A stretch of DNA of 63,606 nucleotides, filler included, from Octopus bimaculoides (taxonomy: Eukaryota), in the NCBI RefSeq assembly GCF_001194135.2. It is 3 parts of 3 records of this genome, joined end to end, with 100 filler letters (N's around TTAATTAATTAA, not from the genome) between each part and the next. Parts side by side here need not be neighbours in the genome. Positions count along the whole stretch, not along the records: positions 29,365 to 59,936 come from NC_069004.1; 2 more parts are not named here. One strand, 5' to 3'. Every line of letters begins with the position of its first letter. Position 1 is the first letter of the stretch. The translations under genes and the position numbers were made by a program. Positions 29,265 to 41,949 of this stretch are shown piece after piece. The notes under the pieces were generated by a model, which was not told the DNA's origin, made no database searches, and was given only the letters and a program-made list of their open reading frames with translations.

Positions 29265-29364
29265 NNNNNNNNNNNNNNNNNNNNNNNNNNNNNNNNNNNN
29301 NNNNNNNNTTAATTAATTAANNNNNNNNNNNNNNNNNNNNNNNNNNNNNNNNNNNNNNNNNNNN

Positions 29365-29395
<31 letters not shown>

Positions 29396-29879
29396 TTATG
29401 TGTATGTAAACCCGAGAATCGGTTTTATTACGTATGTGAACGACACGACTGGATCTAATCTGGGATTATTTAACGGAAATTAGGGGGAAAATCCAGTTCA
29501 ACTTGTGCCGATTTTTTTACATTGGGCGTTTGAAATATATATATGTCACTCATGTATATTCTAAATATATGCTTAAAAATCAATATAAAATATATATTGT
29601 ATATACATACACATACAGACACATATAAGTGTATTTATTTATATCTGTATATTATTACACACACGCATATATATATATAGTTATAGACATTTGTCTGTGT
29701 GCGTGTGTAATAGCTATCCACTCGTGACCGGGGAAGATGATGTCTTGGAAGGTTTTCCCCCGTCACTCAATTATAGATTACTGAACCCAATAAATCGATA
29801 TTTTTTATTTTATCTCATTTTCTCCGACAAGAAATGAAAGTCGACCGAAGGGAGATAACTCAGAAAGACCGCTTTGTTC

Positions 29880-30070
29880 ATTCTGTCGAGATAATTGGGC
29901 CTAGCGTGTAGCTGGCTGAATATTCGACACACTTGTACCCTTAATGATATCCTCTGGTAGAATCAGTGTGACAGGGCTGGACCCTTTTCATATTTACCCA
30001 AGATACCACAGAATGGGATTGAACAGTTGATCTCGTGACTAGAAACTGAACTCCTCACCCATTCGGCCAT
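29880..30070 (-). mobile_element. Diverged SINE family B
   Basis: Reverse complement resembles 40080-40160 (aaagggccagc..tgtcac..cattaagggtaca). Confidence 0.6.
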
Positions 30071-30300
30071 GTTATTTATTCACCGATATAAACACACGCG
30101 CGCGCGTGAAGGGGGGGGGGGACATAACTCAATCGGTAGGGGACTTAATCATATAACAGTTTTGATTAAATGAACAACTGATTGAAGATTCAGTTTGATG
30201 TGACTGACTCTGAAACTGGTGCCCCAGCATGGCCACGGTTCAATGACTACAGGACCGGTTTTAAACCAATTAGACAATTTAAAGAGTATATATATATATA

Positions 30301-30455
30301 CGAGAGTAAGCACATGAAATGTGCAACAAGGTGGAAAAAAGAGTACTCAAATACCAGAGGTAGAGTAATATGCTTTATTTAAAAGCAGCAGAAATATAAC
30401 AAAAGGTGTTACTCAGAGTTTCACGTTACCGTTTGTCGGACAGTTTTGTTAAAAT
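30301..30455 (-). mobile_element. Short hammerhead-bearing element, family P2 (probable Penelope terminal fragment); ribozyme at 30405-30444 is decayed
   Basis: Near-identical reverse complement of 57290-57439. Minus strand ACTGT-CCGACAA-ACG(GTAA)CGT-GAAAC-TCTGA-GTA-ACACC. Confidence 0.75.
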
Positions 30456-30472
30456 ATATATATATACATATA

Positions 30473-30650
30473 TATTGTTGTATTTGGGGAGGGTCATATT
30501 GCCAGTTTAGCCAATAAAAACACACGCACTGTATATTTGGTATAAATTTGCTTCAGCTTTATATTACATTACATTACATTAGTCCTATTTCGGCCAGAGT
30601 TCTTTCGTCACACTTCTGTGACATCATCAGTGGTCTTTTGCTTTCTTATA
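30473..30650 (-). mobile_element. Short hammerhead-bearing element, family P1
   Basis: Near-identical to 37388-37565; (TA)n on the left, gap on the right. Confidence 0.75.
30592..30635 (-). ncRNA. Minimal hammerhead ribozyme (P1) with one extra base after A9
   Basis: GACCA-CTGATGA-T-GTCACA(GAAG)TGTGAC-GAAA-G-AA-CTC^TGGCC. Confidence 0.65.
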
Positions 30651-30950
30651 TNNNNNNNNNNNNNNNNNNNNNNNNNNNNNNNNNNNNNNNNNNNNNNNNN
30701 NNNNNNNNNNNNNNNNNNNNNNNNNNNNNNNNNNNNNNNNNNNNNNNNNNNNNNNNNNNNNNNNNNNNNNNNNNNNNNNNNNNNNNNNNNNNNNNNNNNN
30801 NNNNNNNNNNNNNNNNNNNNNNNNNNNNNNNNNNNNNNNNNNNNNNNNNNNNNNNNNNNNNNNNNNNNNNNNNNNNNNNNNNNNNNNNNNNNNNNNNNNN
30901 NNNNNNNNNNNNNNNNNNNNNNNNNNNNNNNNNNNNNATATATATATATA

Positions 30951-31075
30951 TAGGCGCAAGGGTGGCTGTGTGGTAAGTAGCTTGCTTACCAACCACATGG
31001 TTCCGGGTTCATTCCCACTGTGTGACACCTTGGGCAAGTGTTTTCTACTATAGCTTCGGGCTGACCAAGCTCCCG
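30951..31075 (+). mobile_element. SINE family A head
   Basis: taggcgcaagggtggctgtgtggtaagtagc... Confidence 0.85.
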
Positions 31076-31189
31076 CTACTAAGAAATACTTCTCATTGCA
31101 TGCATCTCAAAGAGTCTCTGACAACCATGTCCAACTCCTGGTTTTCTCATGTGGCTTAACATCTTAGTTCATCAAAACATGAGGAGAGA

Positions 31190-31990
31190 TGAAGACAGGT
31201 GCTGGGCAGGTGGAACTTGTCGGCCTGGAAAGGCCTTCCATGTAAGTGAGAGCAAACCGACTTCAAACCTCTGCTGTCTTGTGACTTTACTCACCCACAG
31301 AAAGGTTTCAGGAGTAAACCTTGATAAAAAAAAAATCAAGAACAAAAGTCTCTAAGGCTCACCAATGTCTTTAGCATTGTTTTGGCATCTTCCGTAACAA
31401 CACAGGTGCCAAGCTGCATCGGTCTCTGTTGTTAAGCTGCACTAGCTTCAGTCCTTCCATTGAATAACACCACTGGCATGGAGAAGGGATACCTGCTACA
31501 TGAGCAACTATAATAAGCCTGCCCAGACCTGCAGCCTAAAGAGAACACTCCAGTATCATGTCACAGAGATGGTACTACAATGAAAGCAACAATTTACTAG
31601 TTATAAGCTTTGCACAAATTGGTGTGGAACTAGACATCAGGGGCAGCTTTTGATGGAGGAAGAAGCCATCATGTTTCACTGGACAGCTACTGCCTACCTC
31701 AAGATAGGCAAACCCTGGCTAATTAGTTTTTTCTCCTACCATAGTCTCCCTGTTTCATTGGGTGCATGGGGCTTAGAGGTATATAAGGAGCCTGAAGCAC
31801 ATATGTTAAATACTGCACCTGACATAACAGGAAGACACAACAAGAGGCCAGCACTCTGGTTCGGGTATAGGGATATACAGATCATATCCACTGGACTATC
31901 GGATAACCTCTTGAAGATTGATGACACACAAATGGTTCTAGTGATTAAAATCTGCTGAAAATTCAACTGGACAATTCAAGACTACAAAAG
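31190..31990 (+). mobile_element. Probable RTE LINE 5' UTR fragment
   Basis: cctggaaaggc..tccat....acttcaaacctc..ctg.cttgtg....aaaggtttcaggagtaaacctt resembles RTE 5' leaders as I recall them; not verified by search. Confidence 0.45.
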
Positions 31991-32007
31991 ACAAAATCAT
32001 GAAACTA

Positions 32008-33077
32008 TGAGGAGGTGCTGAAAAGTTCCTGGATTTAGGTAAAAGAAAATACAGGATGATCAGTTAATTATTATTCTGTTCAACATATTCCTCTCTCAGA
32101 TTCACACACATATTGCAGTGATCCTATGATTTTTCTAAGCCCTGTAAAAGGAACTAGGAAGGTTGGGCCTCCAACCAGATCTCTGTAGCAGCAATCACTT
32201 CTGAATCAGAGATAAATTTTGTTCCCTTGAGATGTCTCTTCAGTTGTGGAAAGAGATGATAATTGGAGGGGGCCAAATCAGGAAAGTAAGGTGGGTGGTC
32301 TACCAATTCAAAGCCAAGTCTGTAGGGTTTCATATGCTGTGTGTGATAGTACATTCTCCTGCAAAAACAGGACACCATGGTTCAGTTTTCCATAGCGTTT
32401 CTGCTTCAAAGCTTCACACAGTTCATCCAACAGAGACAAGTAGCATTCTGCATTGATGGTGCAACCCTTTGATAAGTATTATATGTGGAGTACTCTGTCT
32501 TCGTCTCAGAACACTTTCCATCTGAATTCTGGGTCTGAAACTTCTTGGGACATGGTGAACTGTTTGTTTGTGGCACCACTCCATTGATGCCGCTTGGGCT
32601 GGGAATCATGATGATGTAGACAAGTTTCGTCCATGGTAACTAAACAAGACATAAAATCAGCCTCTCTCACTGCAAACTGGTCCAAAATCATCTTCGATGT
32701 TATCACTCTGTGCTTCTGATCTGCATTCAGGCATTTCAGCACCCATTTCGAAGAAAGCTTTCTCAGGTCCAGAATGTGGATGATGTGGCCAGCTCTTTCA
32801 TGGGAAATCCCCAGAGTCCCAGCTATGACTTTAGCTGAAATTCAGTGGCCCTTGAGAATCACAACATGCACAGCATCAGCTCAATCCTCTGTGGTCACAG
32901 AAGTTGGCTACCCTATCCAAGGTTCACCTGTGACCTCAAAATATCCAGTTTGAAACCTTGACACCCAGTTTTTCATTGTAGAGTGAGATGGGCAGCCTCC
33001 TTGAGGACTTCCATCATCTCACCATGGATTTCCACTACTCCTTTGCTTTACAAAAAGAGGAACTTCATGACTGCCCA
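32008..33077 (-). mobile_element. Mariner transposase pseudogene with its 3' TIR
   Basis: VTMDET and HPPYFPDLAPSNYHLF motifs; TIR-like tgaggaggtgctgaaaagttcctgg after TA. Confidence 0.88.
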
Positions 33078-33544
33078 TGTATTATGTATGTATGTATGTG
33101 TATATGTATGTCAAACTATCCAACCCATGCCAGCATGGAAGGAGGACGTTAAACAATGATGATGATGGTGATGATGATGATGTATATGTATCATGCCTAA
33201 TTGTGTTTATCTGCATTAGTACTTCTTTCTCTCTCTACTCCCTATCTCTCCCCCCTCTCTCTCTTTTTCCAATGAAGGCTTAGCTGACCAAAACTTGAAA
33301 TGTCAACAACATTCTTGTTTAAGAATAATAAATTTGTATTATACAAAAGTATAAAGTAACTCATCAGATTAATGCAAAATTGTTTTTATTACAACTGAAT
33401 ATAACAACAAACATTAGAATGTGTGTGTGTGTGTGTGTGCACATGCGCATGCGAGTGTGTGTGCACATGCGCATGCGAGTGTGTGTGTGTGCGCATGCGA
33501 ATGTGTGTGTGTGTGTGTGTGCCTATACACCTCAATTGGATCTT

Positions 33545-33905
33545 TACTCTTTACTCTTTTACTCGTTTCAGTCATTTGACTGTGGCCATACTGGAGCATC
33601 GCCTTTAGTCGAGCAAATCGACCCCAGGACTTATTCTTTGTAAGCCTTGTACTTGTTCTCTCGGTTGCTTTTTGCCAAACCGCTAAGTTACAGGGACGTA
33701 AACACACCAGCATCGGTTGTCAAGCAATGTTGGGGAGACAAACACACACACACACATATATATATATACATATACATATACATATATACGATGGGCGAAG
33801 GCCCGAGGCTATAGTAGAAGACACTTGCCCAAGGTGCCATGCAGTGGGACTGAACCCAGAACCATGTGGTTGGTAAGCAAGCTACTTACCACACACCCAC
33901 TCCTG
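33545..33905 (-). mobile_element. SINE family A, near full length
   Basis: Tail, internal microsatellite and head all match other copies. Confidence 0.88.
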
Positions 33906-35807
33906 CTGAATAAATAAAAGGACCATTTTTACCAGGCTCTTTTGCTAACTATCTCAAAGACAAATGACAGTTACTTTATGCTCATGACTGGTGACTTCAG
34001 TAGACATATTAGGCAGGACTCCATGAAGTGCATGGAAGCTATAGATTTGGTTCTCAAAATGAAATGAGAACAAAGAATTCTGTGATATAAATTAGCTAAT
34101 TATCTACAACATTACAACTTCAGGAAACCTACCACCATTTACTAACTTATAAATCTGTTAGGCACACAAGCCGGATTTACAACATTCTCACTAGAATAGG
34201 GATAGGCAGATGCTTGTAAATGCAAAGTCTTTCTCTGGTGAAAAATGTACAACTCAACAAAGGTTAGAGGTTAGTGACTTCTGACACAGAGCTTGAAGGA
34301 CTCAGAGACACAAGCCAGTCTGGAAAAAGTAGATATAAATGCTTGAAGATCCATTAAGCAGTCAGAAATTTAGAGAAATATTAGTTGAAGAAATGGATGA
34401 AAAGGAAGAGGATATAGAGACGTATGGCATAGAGGATGACTGGAAGTTCTAACAGGTCAAGCTGCTGAGGAATACAGACAACGTCTATGGGTGAAATGGT
34501 AGTGGAACAGTGAAGTAGATAGAACCATATAAGCAAAGGGATAAGTTTGGAAGTGTTGAAAGAATGGGGGCTGCAGGGAATTTTGCCAAGTAGCTACAAG
34601 AGAAGTTAGGTGACAGGGAGATTTAACCTTCTAGAATTTAAACCGACCATATCCAGCCCAAATATTCTGAATGCTAAAGAGTTAGTCAAGAAAGAAACAG
34701 AAAGGAAAAAGTCTGTCAATGTTGTACTGCTTGAAGATCAGCGGCTTGAGGTGTTCTAAACTTCAGGATGGCGTATCAGAGAAAATTAAGACGTTGTAGG
34801 ATAAGTAAATGTGGTAATGATACATTTTCTCTTATTGGTTCTTCCAATAAAGAGACATGGAAGTTCTGTTACTAAAGTTTACTAAACATGGAGAATGCAT
34901 GGGAGAAAGAGAGCCTTTCCTCTCTGAGAACGAGACAGAACGTCCGTCCATTCTTGTTGAACAGCAGAATGATAGATAAAGTAATGAAGGTAAAAGAAAT
35001 AAGGAAAGCACGTGATCCATCAGAAATTTCGTCCAACAGTCGAACGAAATATGGTGCAAGGGAAGTAACTCGTGCAAACCTGTATACAGAAATAAAAATT
35101 AACATCGTAAGGGAAATAGTTACAGGAACTACTACAAATTATTGCATCATTCACAACAAAATAATAGCAAAAATTCGGAAAAATATTCATTCTTACACAC
35201 ACAAACACACACGTACACGCACGTTCATGTATTGAAAAGACAGGAAAGTTTGTAAAATTTTTATTCTATGCGATATGTGTTTCATTACAGTATAGGATAT
35301 ACCTTATGAATGATGGTTGCTAACGTTCGATTTCAACATATGAGTGTGTGAAGGAGAGGATTTAAAGATTAAAAATAAAAAAAATGAGAAAACGAGAAAA
35401 CAACTTTTAAAAAGGAAAGAACGTCTATTTGCGGTGGATGCATGAACGTAATTTGAGTCCAGGCATGGATTTTGCTATGGAGTTACAATGGGGGCACTAT
35501 TGATTCTGATTTTGCCCTGGATTAGGCAGGATAGAATTCTTTTACTGTTCTTTTTCTTCAACTCGGTATGAATTTCAAAAATAAAATAATTATGAATGTA
35601 ATAAATAAATAATAGCTATATACCCTAGAAAATATGTTTGGCATTCTCTACCCGTAATTCTTCAAACAAACATAAAAAAATGATAGAATGTTACTTGGAC
35701 GAAATTGTAATCTATAGTTTGTAGAATTTATTTATCAAGAATATATTGAGAGATAGACAGATAAAAAGGATAGAGAGAAAGGAAAATAATGAAAGAGAGA
35801 GAGGGAG

Positions 35808-36143
35808 AGGCACAGGAGTGACTGTATGGTAAGTAGCTTGTTCACCAAACACACGGTTCCAGGTTCAGTCCCACTACGTGGCACCTTGGGCAAGTGTTTT
35901 CTTCTGTAGCTTCGGGCCGACCAAAGCCTTATGAGTGGATTTGGTAGATTGAAATTGAAAGAAGCCCGTTGTATATATGTGTGTATGTATGTATGTATGT
36001 ATGTATATATATGTGTGTCTGTGTTTATCCCCCCACCCACCATCGCTTGACAACCGAAGTTAGTGTGTTTACACCCCCATATCTTAGCAGTTCGGCAAAT
36101 GAGGCCGATAGAATAAGTACTAGGCTTAGAAAAGAATAAGTCA
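35808..36143 (+). mobile_element. SINE family A, cut at its 3' end where the Tc1 element begins
   Basis: Head to ...aagaataagtc, then TA and the Tc1 TIR. Confidence 0.85.
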
Positions 36144-36145
36144 TA

Positions 36146-37343
36146 CAGATATGACGGAAGTAAATAGACATCCCCCAAAACATCTTTTTGATGTTTAATT
36201 ATAACTTGAGAATGTTTATGTTTTATATTAATTGACATTTTTATGTTTCAGGTTCTATATGTGACTGTTTAATGTTTAATCATGCCATGTACAAAAGAAG
36301 CCTTGGAACTGTCTGAATTTCAAAGAGGTTGTATTGTAAGTCAGTCTGAAGGTAGACTTAGCATAAAATTGCCGAAAAACTTGGGATCCCACTTTCTACA
36401 GTTAATAGAATGATTGTGCAATTCACCAGAGAGGGGAAGGAGTCCACATCATCTCTCCCATGTCGACCAGGGCCTTCTGACAGGACCCTTCTCTTTGCTA
36501 AGAGAAGTGTGGAGGATTATCCTCGTTGCAAGGCCTCTGACATAGCAGAACAAGTTGATGTCAGTCCCAGAACAGCTGTCAGGTATTTCCACAAACTTGG
36601 CTACTATGGCAGAGCAGCAAGAAGGAAGCCATTTCTTTGACCAGCCAATATCAAGTGGAGAAAAGATTGGGTCAGTGAGATGGTGGAGAGGCCTCTAGCA
36701 TTCTGGGACACTGTCATATTCTCTGATGAGTCTAGATTTGCTGTATTTTCTGACAGTGGACAAGTGTAGGTCTGGAGACTCTGTGATCAAGAATTTGATG
36801 TGAAAACATTGCAGCCAACAATGAAACATGGTGGCTATTCTGTGATGGTCTGGAGAACAATTTGGAGCTGGAGGACTGTGAGGAAAATATAAACTCAGAT
36901 AAATATGTGTCTATATTGCAGAAAGGGCTCCTTCTAGTCTTCTCCAGTGGTGAAATGATTAAAGAAGACTCTTTTTTTATGGAAGATGGGGCTCCTTGTC
37001 ACATGGCTAAAAAGACCCAAGATTGGTTGGATGAGAATGGCATTAAAAAGCTTCCATGGCCAAGCCAATCACCAGATATGAACCCTATTGAACAAGAAAG
37101 CATCCTCAAACCCAGATCTTTTGAGATTATTGCACAAAAGTTGGCAAAAAATTCCTCAAGAGAATGTTTGTCATCTGATCAATAGCATGCCTAATAGGGT
37201 CCTTGCATTGAAAAATACAAAGGGTGTGTCTATTAAATGATAGATATTCACATTATAATAGTTTATAAATAATTTGAATGTATAATTTCAGATTTAAACA
37301 AATTCTAATGATTATAAGGGTATCTATTTACTTCTGTAATGTC

Positions 37344-37345
<2 letters not shown>
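36146..37345 (+). mobile_element. Full-length decayed Tc1-like element (1200 bp)
   Basis: TIRs CAGATATGACGGAAGTAAATAGACATCCC and GGGTATCTATTTACTTCTGTAATGTCTG. Peptides ELSEFQRGCIV, VIFSDESRF, MEDGAPCH and WPSQSPDMNPIE. Confidence 0.92.
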
Positions 37346-37387
<42 letters not shown>

Positions 37388-37396
<9 letters not shown>

Positions 37397-37565
37397 ACTT
37401 GGGGATGGTCATATTGCCAGTTTAGCCAATAAAAACACACGCACTGTATATTTGGTGTTAATTTGCTTCAGCTTTATATTACATTAATCTTAATCTTATT
37501 TCGGCCAGAGTTCTTTCGTCACACTTCTGTGACCTCATCAGTGGTCCTTTGTTTCCTTCCTTCTT
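37388..37565 (-). mobile_element. Short hammerhead-bearing element, family P1, second copy
   Basis: Matches 30473-30650; flanked by (TA)n and (TG)n/(TC)n/(TA)n. Confidence 0.75.
37503..37547 (-). ncRNA. Minimal hammerhead ribozyme (P1) with one extra base after A9
   Basis: GGACCA-CTGATGA-G-GTCACA(GAAG)TGTGAC-GAAA-G-AA-CTC^TGGCC. Confidence 0.7.
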
Positions 37566-37580
37566 ATGTGTGTGTGTGTG

Positions 37581-37612
<32 letters not shown>

Positions 37613-37613
<1 letters not shown>

Positions 37614-37822
37614 TGGGTTGAATCATAAATAATTTCTGATTTTGTTAAACATATTTCCTTATGAAAAAATTTTACAAAGAATTATTTTCAAGTATCTTTA
37701 TAGTTGCCATTATTTTGAATGACCTCTTGCCATTTATCTGGTAGCTTTTTGATTCCTCTCAAATAAAATTCGGCAGGCTTTGACATGAAGAAGCTTTCTA
37801 CATACATTTTCACCTGATCTTC
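37613..37822 (-). mobile_element. Mariner 3' fragment
   Basis: FFMSKPAEFYLRGIKKLPDKWQEVIQNNGNY is a mariner C-terminus. Confidence 0.85.
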
Positions 37823-39339
37823 CTTAGAAAGAATAAGTACCAGGCTTAAAAAAAATACTGAGGTTGATTTATTCAACTAAAATTCTTCAGGGCTGTGCCC
37901 CAGCATGGCCACAGTCTAATGTCTGAAACAAGTGAAAGATAAAAAGATGTACTTTTGTAAATATGAGCCCGCACATGTGTGCTCATATTCAAGCATTACA
38001 TCCTTAAATGTAATTAGTCTATATTAAATAAATATTACATTCTTCTCATTAAGATAGATTCATTTGAAATAATAGTCACTATTGTAATTGAACAATATTA
38101 TTGAGGGTTATATGGTTGTTAAATTGATTAATTAATTAATTATCTCAAATACAAGATTATTATTGTTGTTGTCATTATTATTTAACAATCTAGCTTTTAA
38201 TATTTGAGTTTCTTCTTCCTCCTCCTCCACCTCCTCCTCCTCATCATCATCATTTAACGTCTGTTTTTCTATGCTGGTATGGGTTGGACAGCTTAAGCGG
38301 AACTGGTAAGGCTAGAGGCCACACCAGGTCCCAGAGTCTGTTTTAGCTTGGTTTCTACAGCTGGATGTCCGTCCTTCTTCCTGCCAACCACTTTACAGAG
38401 TGTACCAAATGCTTTGTTTGTGGCACCATCACCAGTGTTTGCTATGTGACAACAGCATCCACATCAAGTAATTTAATTTTGTACAATAAAAACATAAATC
38501 AAAACCATCATCATCATCATCATCACTTATTGTCCGTTTTCCATGTTGGTATGGGACAGAGTGTGTGTGTGTGTGTGTGTGTCCTAATCTTGACACTGCA
38601 TGATTGTTGTAAAGCAAGAGATGACATCATGAAAGTAAAGCCAGTCATTTTTAATCTATTGTGAAAACATGTCTGGCCCTGTAGAAATTGTAGCAGAAGT
38701 GATTTGCTCCTCTTCGTTATGAAATAATCCCTTACTTGGAAACAGGTGAGGGTTTGGCAACAGGAAGGGCAGCCCCTAACAAAATTCATCCAACCCATGA
38801 TAGCATGGAAAAGCAGATGTTAAAACATTAACGATAAGGGTGATGATGACAACGACAATGATGATGATGATGACGATGATGATTATGATGATGGTGATGA
38901 TGATGGTGATGGTGACGATGACAACGACGATGATGATGACAATGACTACAATGATGATAATGAAGATGATGACAACATCCACGACAATGACAACAACGAT
39001 CACGACGACAATGGCAATGACAACAATGATGACGATGACAGCGATGACAACGACGATGATTGATGTTGTTGCTATTTTCATTTTTATTAATTTCTATCAT
39101 AGATGTCTAATTTTTGATATCGCCGACCATTTAATTCTATGGCTGAGATCTCTGATATTTCCAACAAAAAATGGTTAATATCAAAAGGAAAAGAAAAACT
39201 TAGTATTTTGGCAGACGGTAGATAAATTAAGTACCAGTTGCCTACTGAGGACCAGCCTAATCGACTGGTACCCTCCCAAATTCCAGGATTTCTGCCTAGA
39301 GTAGAAAAGACATATTAGTTACATATCTTACTACTGATT

Positions 39340-39423
39340 GAAAAGGTTTTTTCATACTGAGCTACCCGGCATAATTGTTAATTATTAATTTTATTACTAA
39401 TTGACGATTCCCTGCCCTGTATA

Positions 39424-39516
<93 letters not shown>

Positions 39517-39540
39517 ATTTATTTATCTTTATATATATTA
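39340..39540. repeat. Near-identical direct duplicate of 40885-41045
   Basis: gaaaaggttttttcatactgagctacccggcata...ccctgccctgta(TA)n tgtatgtatatttatttatcttt is essentially identical apart from the (TA)n tract. Confidence 0.9.
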
Positions 39541-39937
39541 CGAATCAAGAAATGTAATATGGCTTGCACATTTGAAAGTTTAAATACTTCAAAAAGTGAA
39601 GTTTCAAGTTACAAGTTCTCTGAATATAAGGAAAAAGGTTAACATGACCTAGTGATAAGGGTGTTGCACTCACGATTGTGAGATCATAGTTTCAATTCCT
39701 AAATTGGGTGGTGCGTTATGTTCTTGAGTAAAACACTTTATCTCACGTCGCTTTTGAGTTTGATATAATCGAATTATCAACACTCCAGAAATTGTTGACC
39801 TTGTGTCAAACTAGATCTATGAACGAAAATTTATATTAAAAAAATTTTTTAAATAATAAATTAAACCGATTAGAACCACCAGTGAAGTTATTCGTTTTCT
39901 CTTTATTAAATATATACATATGTGTGTGTGTGTGTGA

Positions 39938-40225
39938 AGGCAAGTGGCTTAGCGGTTAGAGCATTAGGTTCATGATTGTAAAGTCATTCCTAGCGACATG
40001 TTGTGTCCTTGATCAAGACACTTTATTTCACATTGCTCCAGTTCACTCAGCTGGCAAAAATGAGTAGTACCTGTATTTCAAAGGGCCAGCATTGTCACGC
40101 TGAATCTCCCTGAGAACTACATTAAGGGTACATGTGTCTGTGGAGTGCTCAGCCACTTGCATGTTAATTTCACGAGCAAGCTGTTCTGTTGATCGTATCA
40201 GCTGGGACCTTCGTCATCATAACTG
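39938..40225 (+). mobile_element. tRNA-derived SINE family B (CORE-like central region)
   Basis: ggcaagtggcttagcggttagagca head; tgtgtccttgatcaagacactttatttcacattgctcc central segment. Confidence 0.8.
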
Positions 40226-40249
40226 AGTGCTCCTATATAAATATATATA

Positions 40250-40495
40250 TCATCATCATCATCATCATCGTTTAACGTCCGCTTTCCATGCTAGCATGGG
40301 TTGGACGATTTGACTGAGGACTGGCGAACCAGATGGCTGCACCAGGCTACAATCTGATTTGGCAGAGTTTCTACAGCTGGATGCCCTTCCTAATGCCAAC
40401 CACTCTGAGAGTGTAGTGGGTACTTTTACGTGCCACCGACACAAGTGCCCGGAAGGCGACGCTGGTAACAATCACACTCAAATGGTGCTATTTAC
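40250..40495 (-). mobile_element. RTE 3' UTR and tail, young copy
   Basis: (CAT)n-cgtttaacgtccgctttccatgctagcatggg...gatgcccttcc. Confidence 0.88.
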
Positions 40496-40581
40496 GATTT
40501 ATATATATGTATATATATAATATATATGTATCATATTTATCTTTATATACATATTATATTTATCGATCTATCTATTTATTA

Positions 40582-40640
<59 letters not shown>

Positions 40641-40646
<6 letters not shown>

Positions 40647-40872
40647 CATAAATATATAGGGATTAGCAGAAAACCTGCTTCTCCAACATACTGAGAATTC
40701 AGAAACAGCAGCCAAAGAACTACTGATTTAGTTCTGTGTGTACCATGAATATCGCTATCAATTAGAGAAAATTTGTAGTTTTAGAATCAGTAGTTCTTTG
40801 GCTGCTGTTTCTGAATTCTCAGTATGTTGGAGAAGCAGGTTTTCTGCTAATCCCTATATATTTATGATTATA
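40641..40872. repeat. Perfect 88-bp inverted repeat with a 56-nt spacer
   Basis: 40641-40728 is the exact reverse complement of 40785-40872 (checked base by base). Confidence 0.95.
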
Positions 40873-40970
40873 AATGGCTTTACCGAAAAGGTTTTTTCAT
40901 ACTGAGCTACCCGGCATAATTGTTAATTATTAATTTTATTACTAATTGACGATTCCCTGCCCTGTATATC

Positions 40971-41019
<49 letters not shown>

Positions 41020-41949
41020 ATTTATTTATCTTTATATATATATTATCATTATCTTTATATATATATATATTATCGTTAGCTTTATATCTATATTATACTT
41101 ACCTATAAGTCTGTGAAGAATTAAAAGTACTGCAGTGACAGTGAGAAGAATAAATGTAAATTTTCCATTTATTTTAGACATAATATTTTGAAAATCATCA
41201 GGACTGACGTTTATTGTGATTTTCATCCAGAACTAATTGATTTGCTGTGATTTCAATGTTTTTTATTGGAATTTCATTGACAGGAAGCTGCCAATGATTC
41301 TGAAAGTCACAGAATATTGAATTGCTTTGGTAATTTTATAAGAGATGATTTTCATGCTTTTTTATCAATAACATATTGATCTTTAAGATTGCAATATGGT
41401 TTGACAAAAGAATTATCAATATAAAATGTTTGAAGTTTTTGATATTATATTGGTTTGTAACAATTTCAGTGTTTCTAAACAATATTTGAAACTTTGAAAG
41501 TTTTGAAAATCATCAAAATCTCAATTGCTTCAAAATGTCAGAAGGAAGATTTTTGGTGACTTTCACCAATAATACATCAATTTATAAGAATTTAATTGAT
41601 CTTTCAATGATAATACATTGATTTGTAATGATTTCATTGATCGTTCATCGATAATACATGATTTGGAAAGATTTCAAAAATTCTTTGGCACTGATTAGTC
41701 AATATGAAACTTTCGAAGACTGGAAAAAATCATCAACAGTTGAATTGTTTTGCAATATCAGCAATAACTTTTATTGATATTATCATAATATGGATCCTTG
41801 TCCACTTGTATGTTATTGTTAGCTCTGTAATATTCTTGTTGCCACTATTATGTTGTGGTCATATTCCACGTCTTATTATCTTTGACTCGTCTATCATGCT
41901 ATCACTGATAGCTCCATGTATAAACCTGTGAAACTTTTTTGTGCCAAAT

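Noticed and set aside
29309-29320. TTAATTAATTAA island inside an N gap (also at 59981-59992)
   Set aside because: Identical, centred in gaps and giving stops in all six frames: a scaffolding spacer, not biology.
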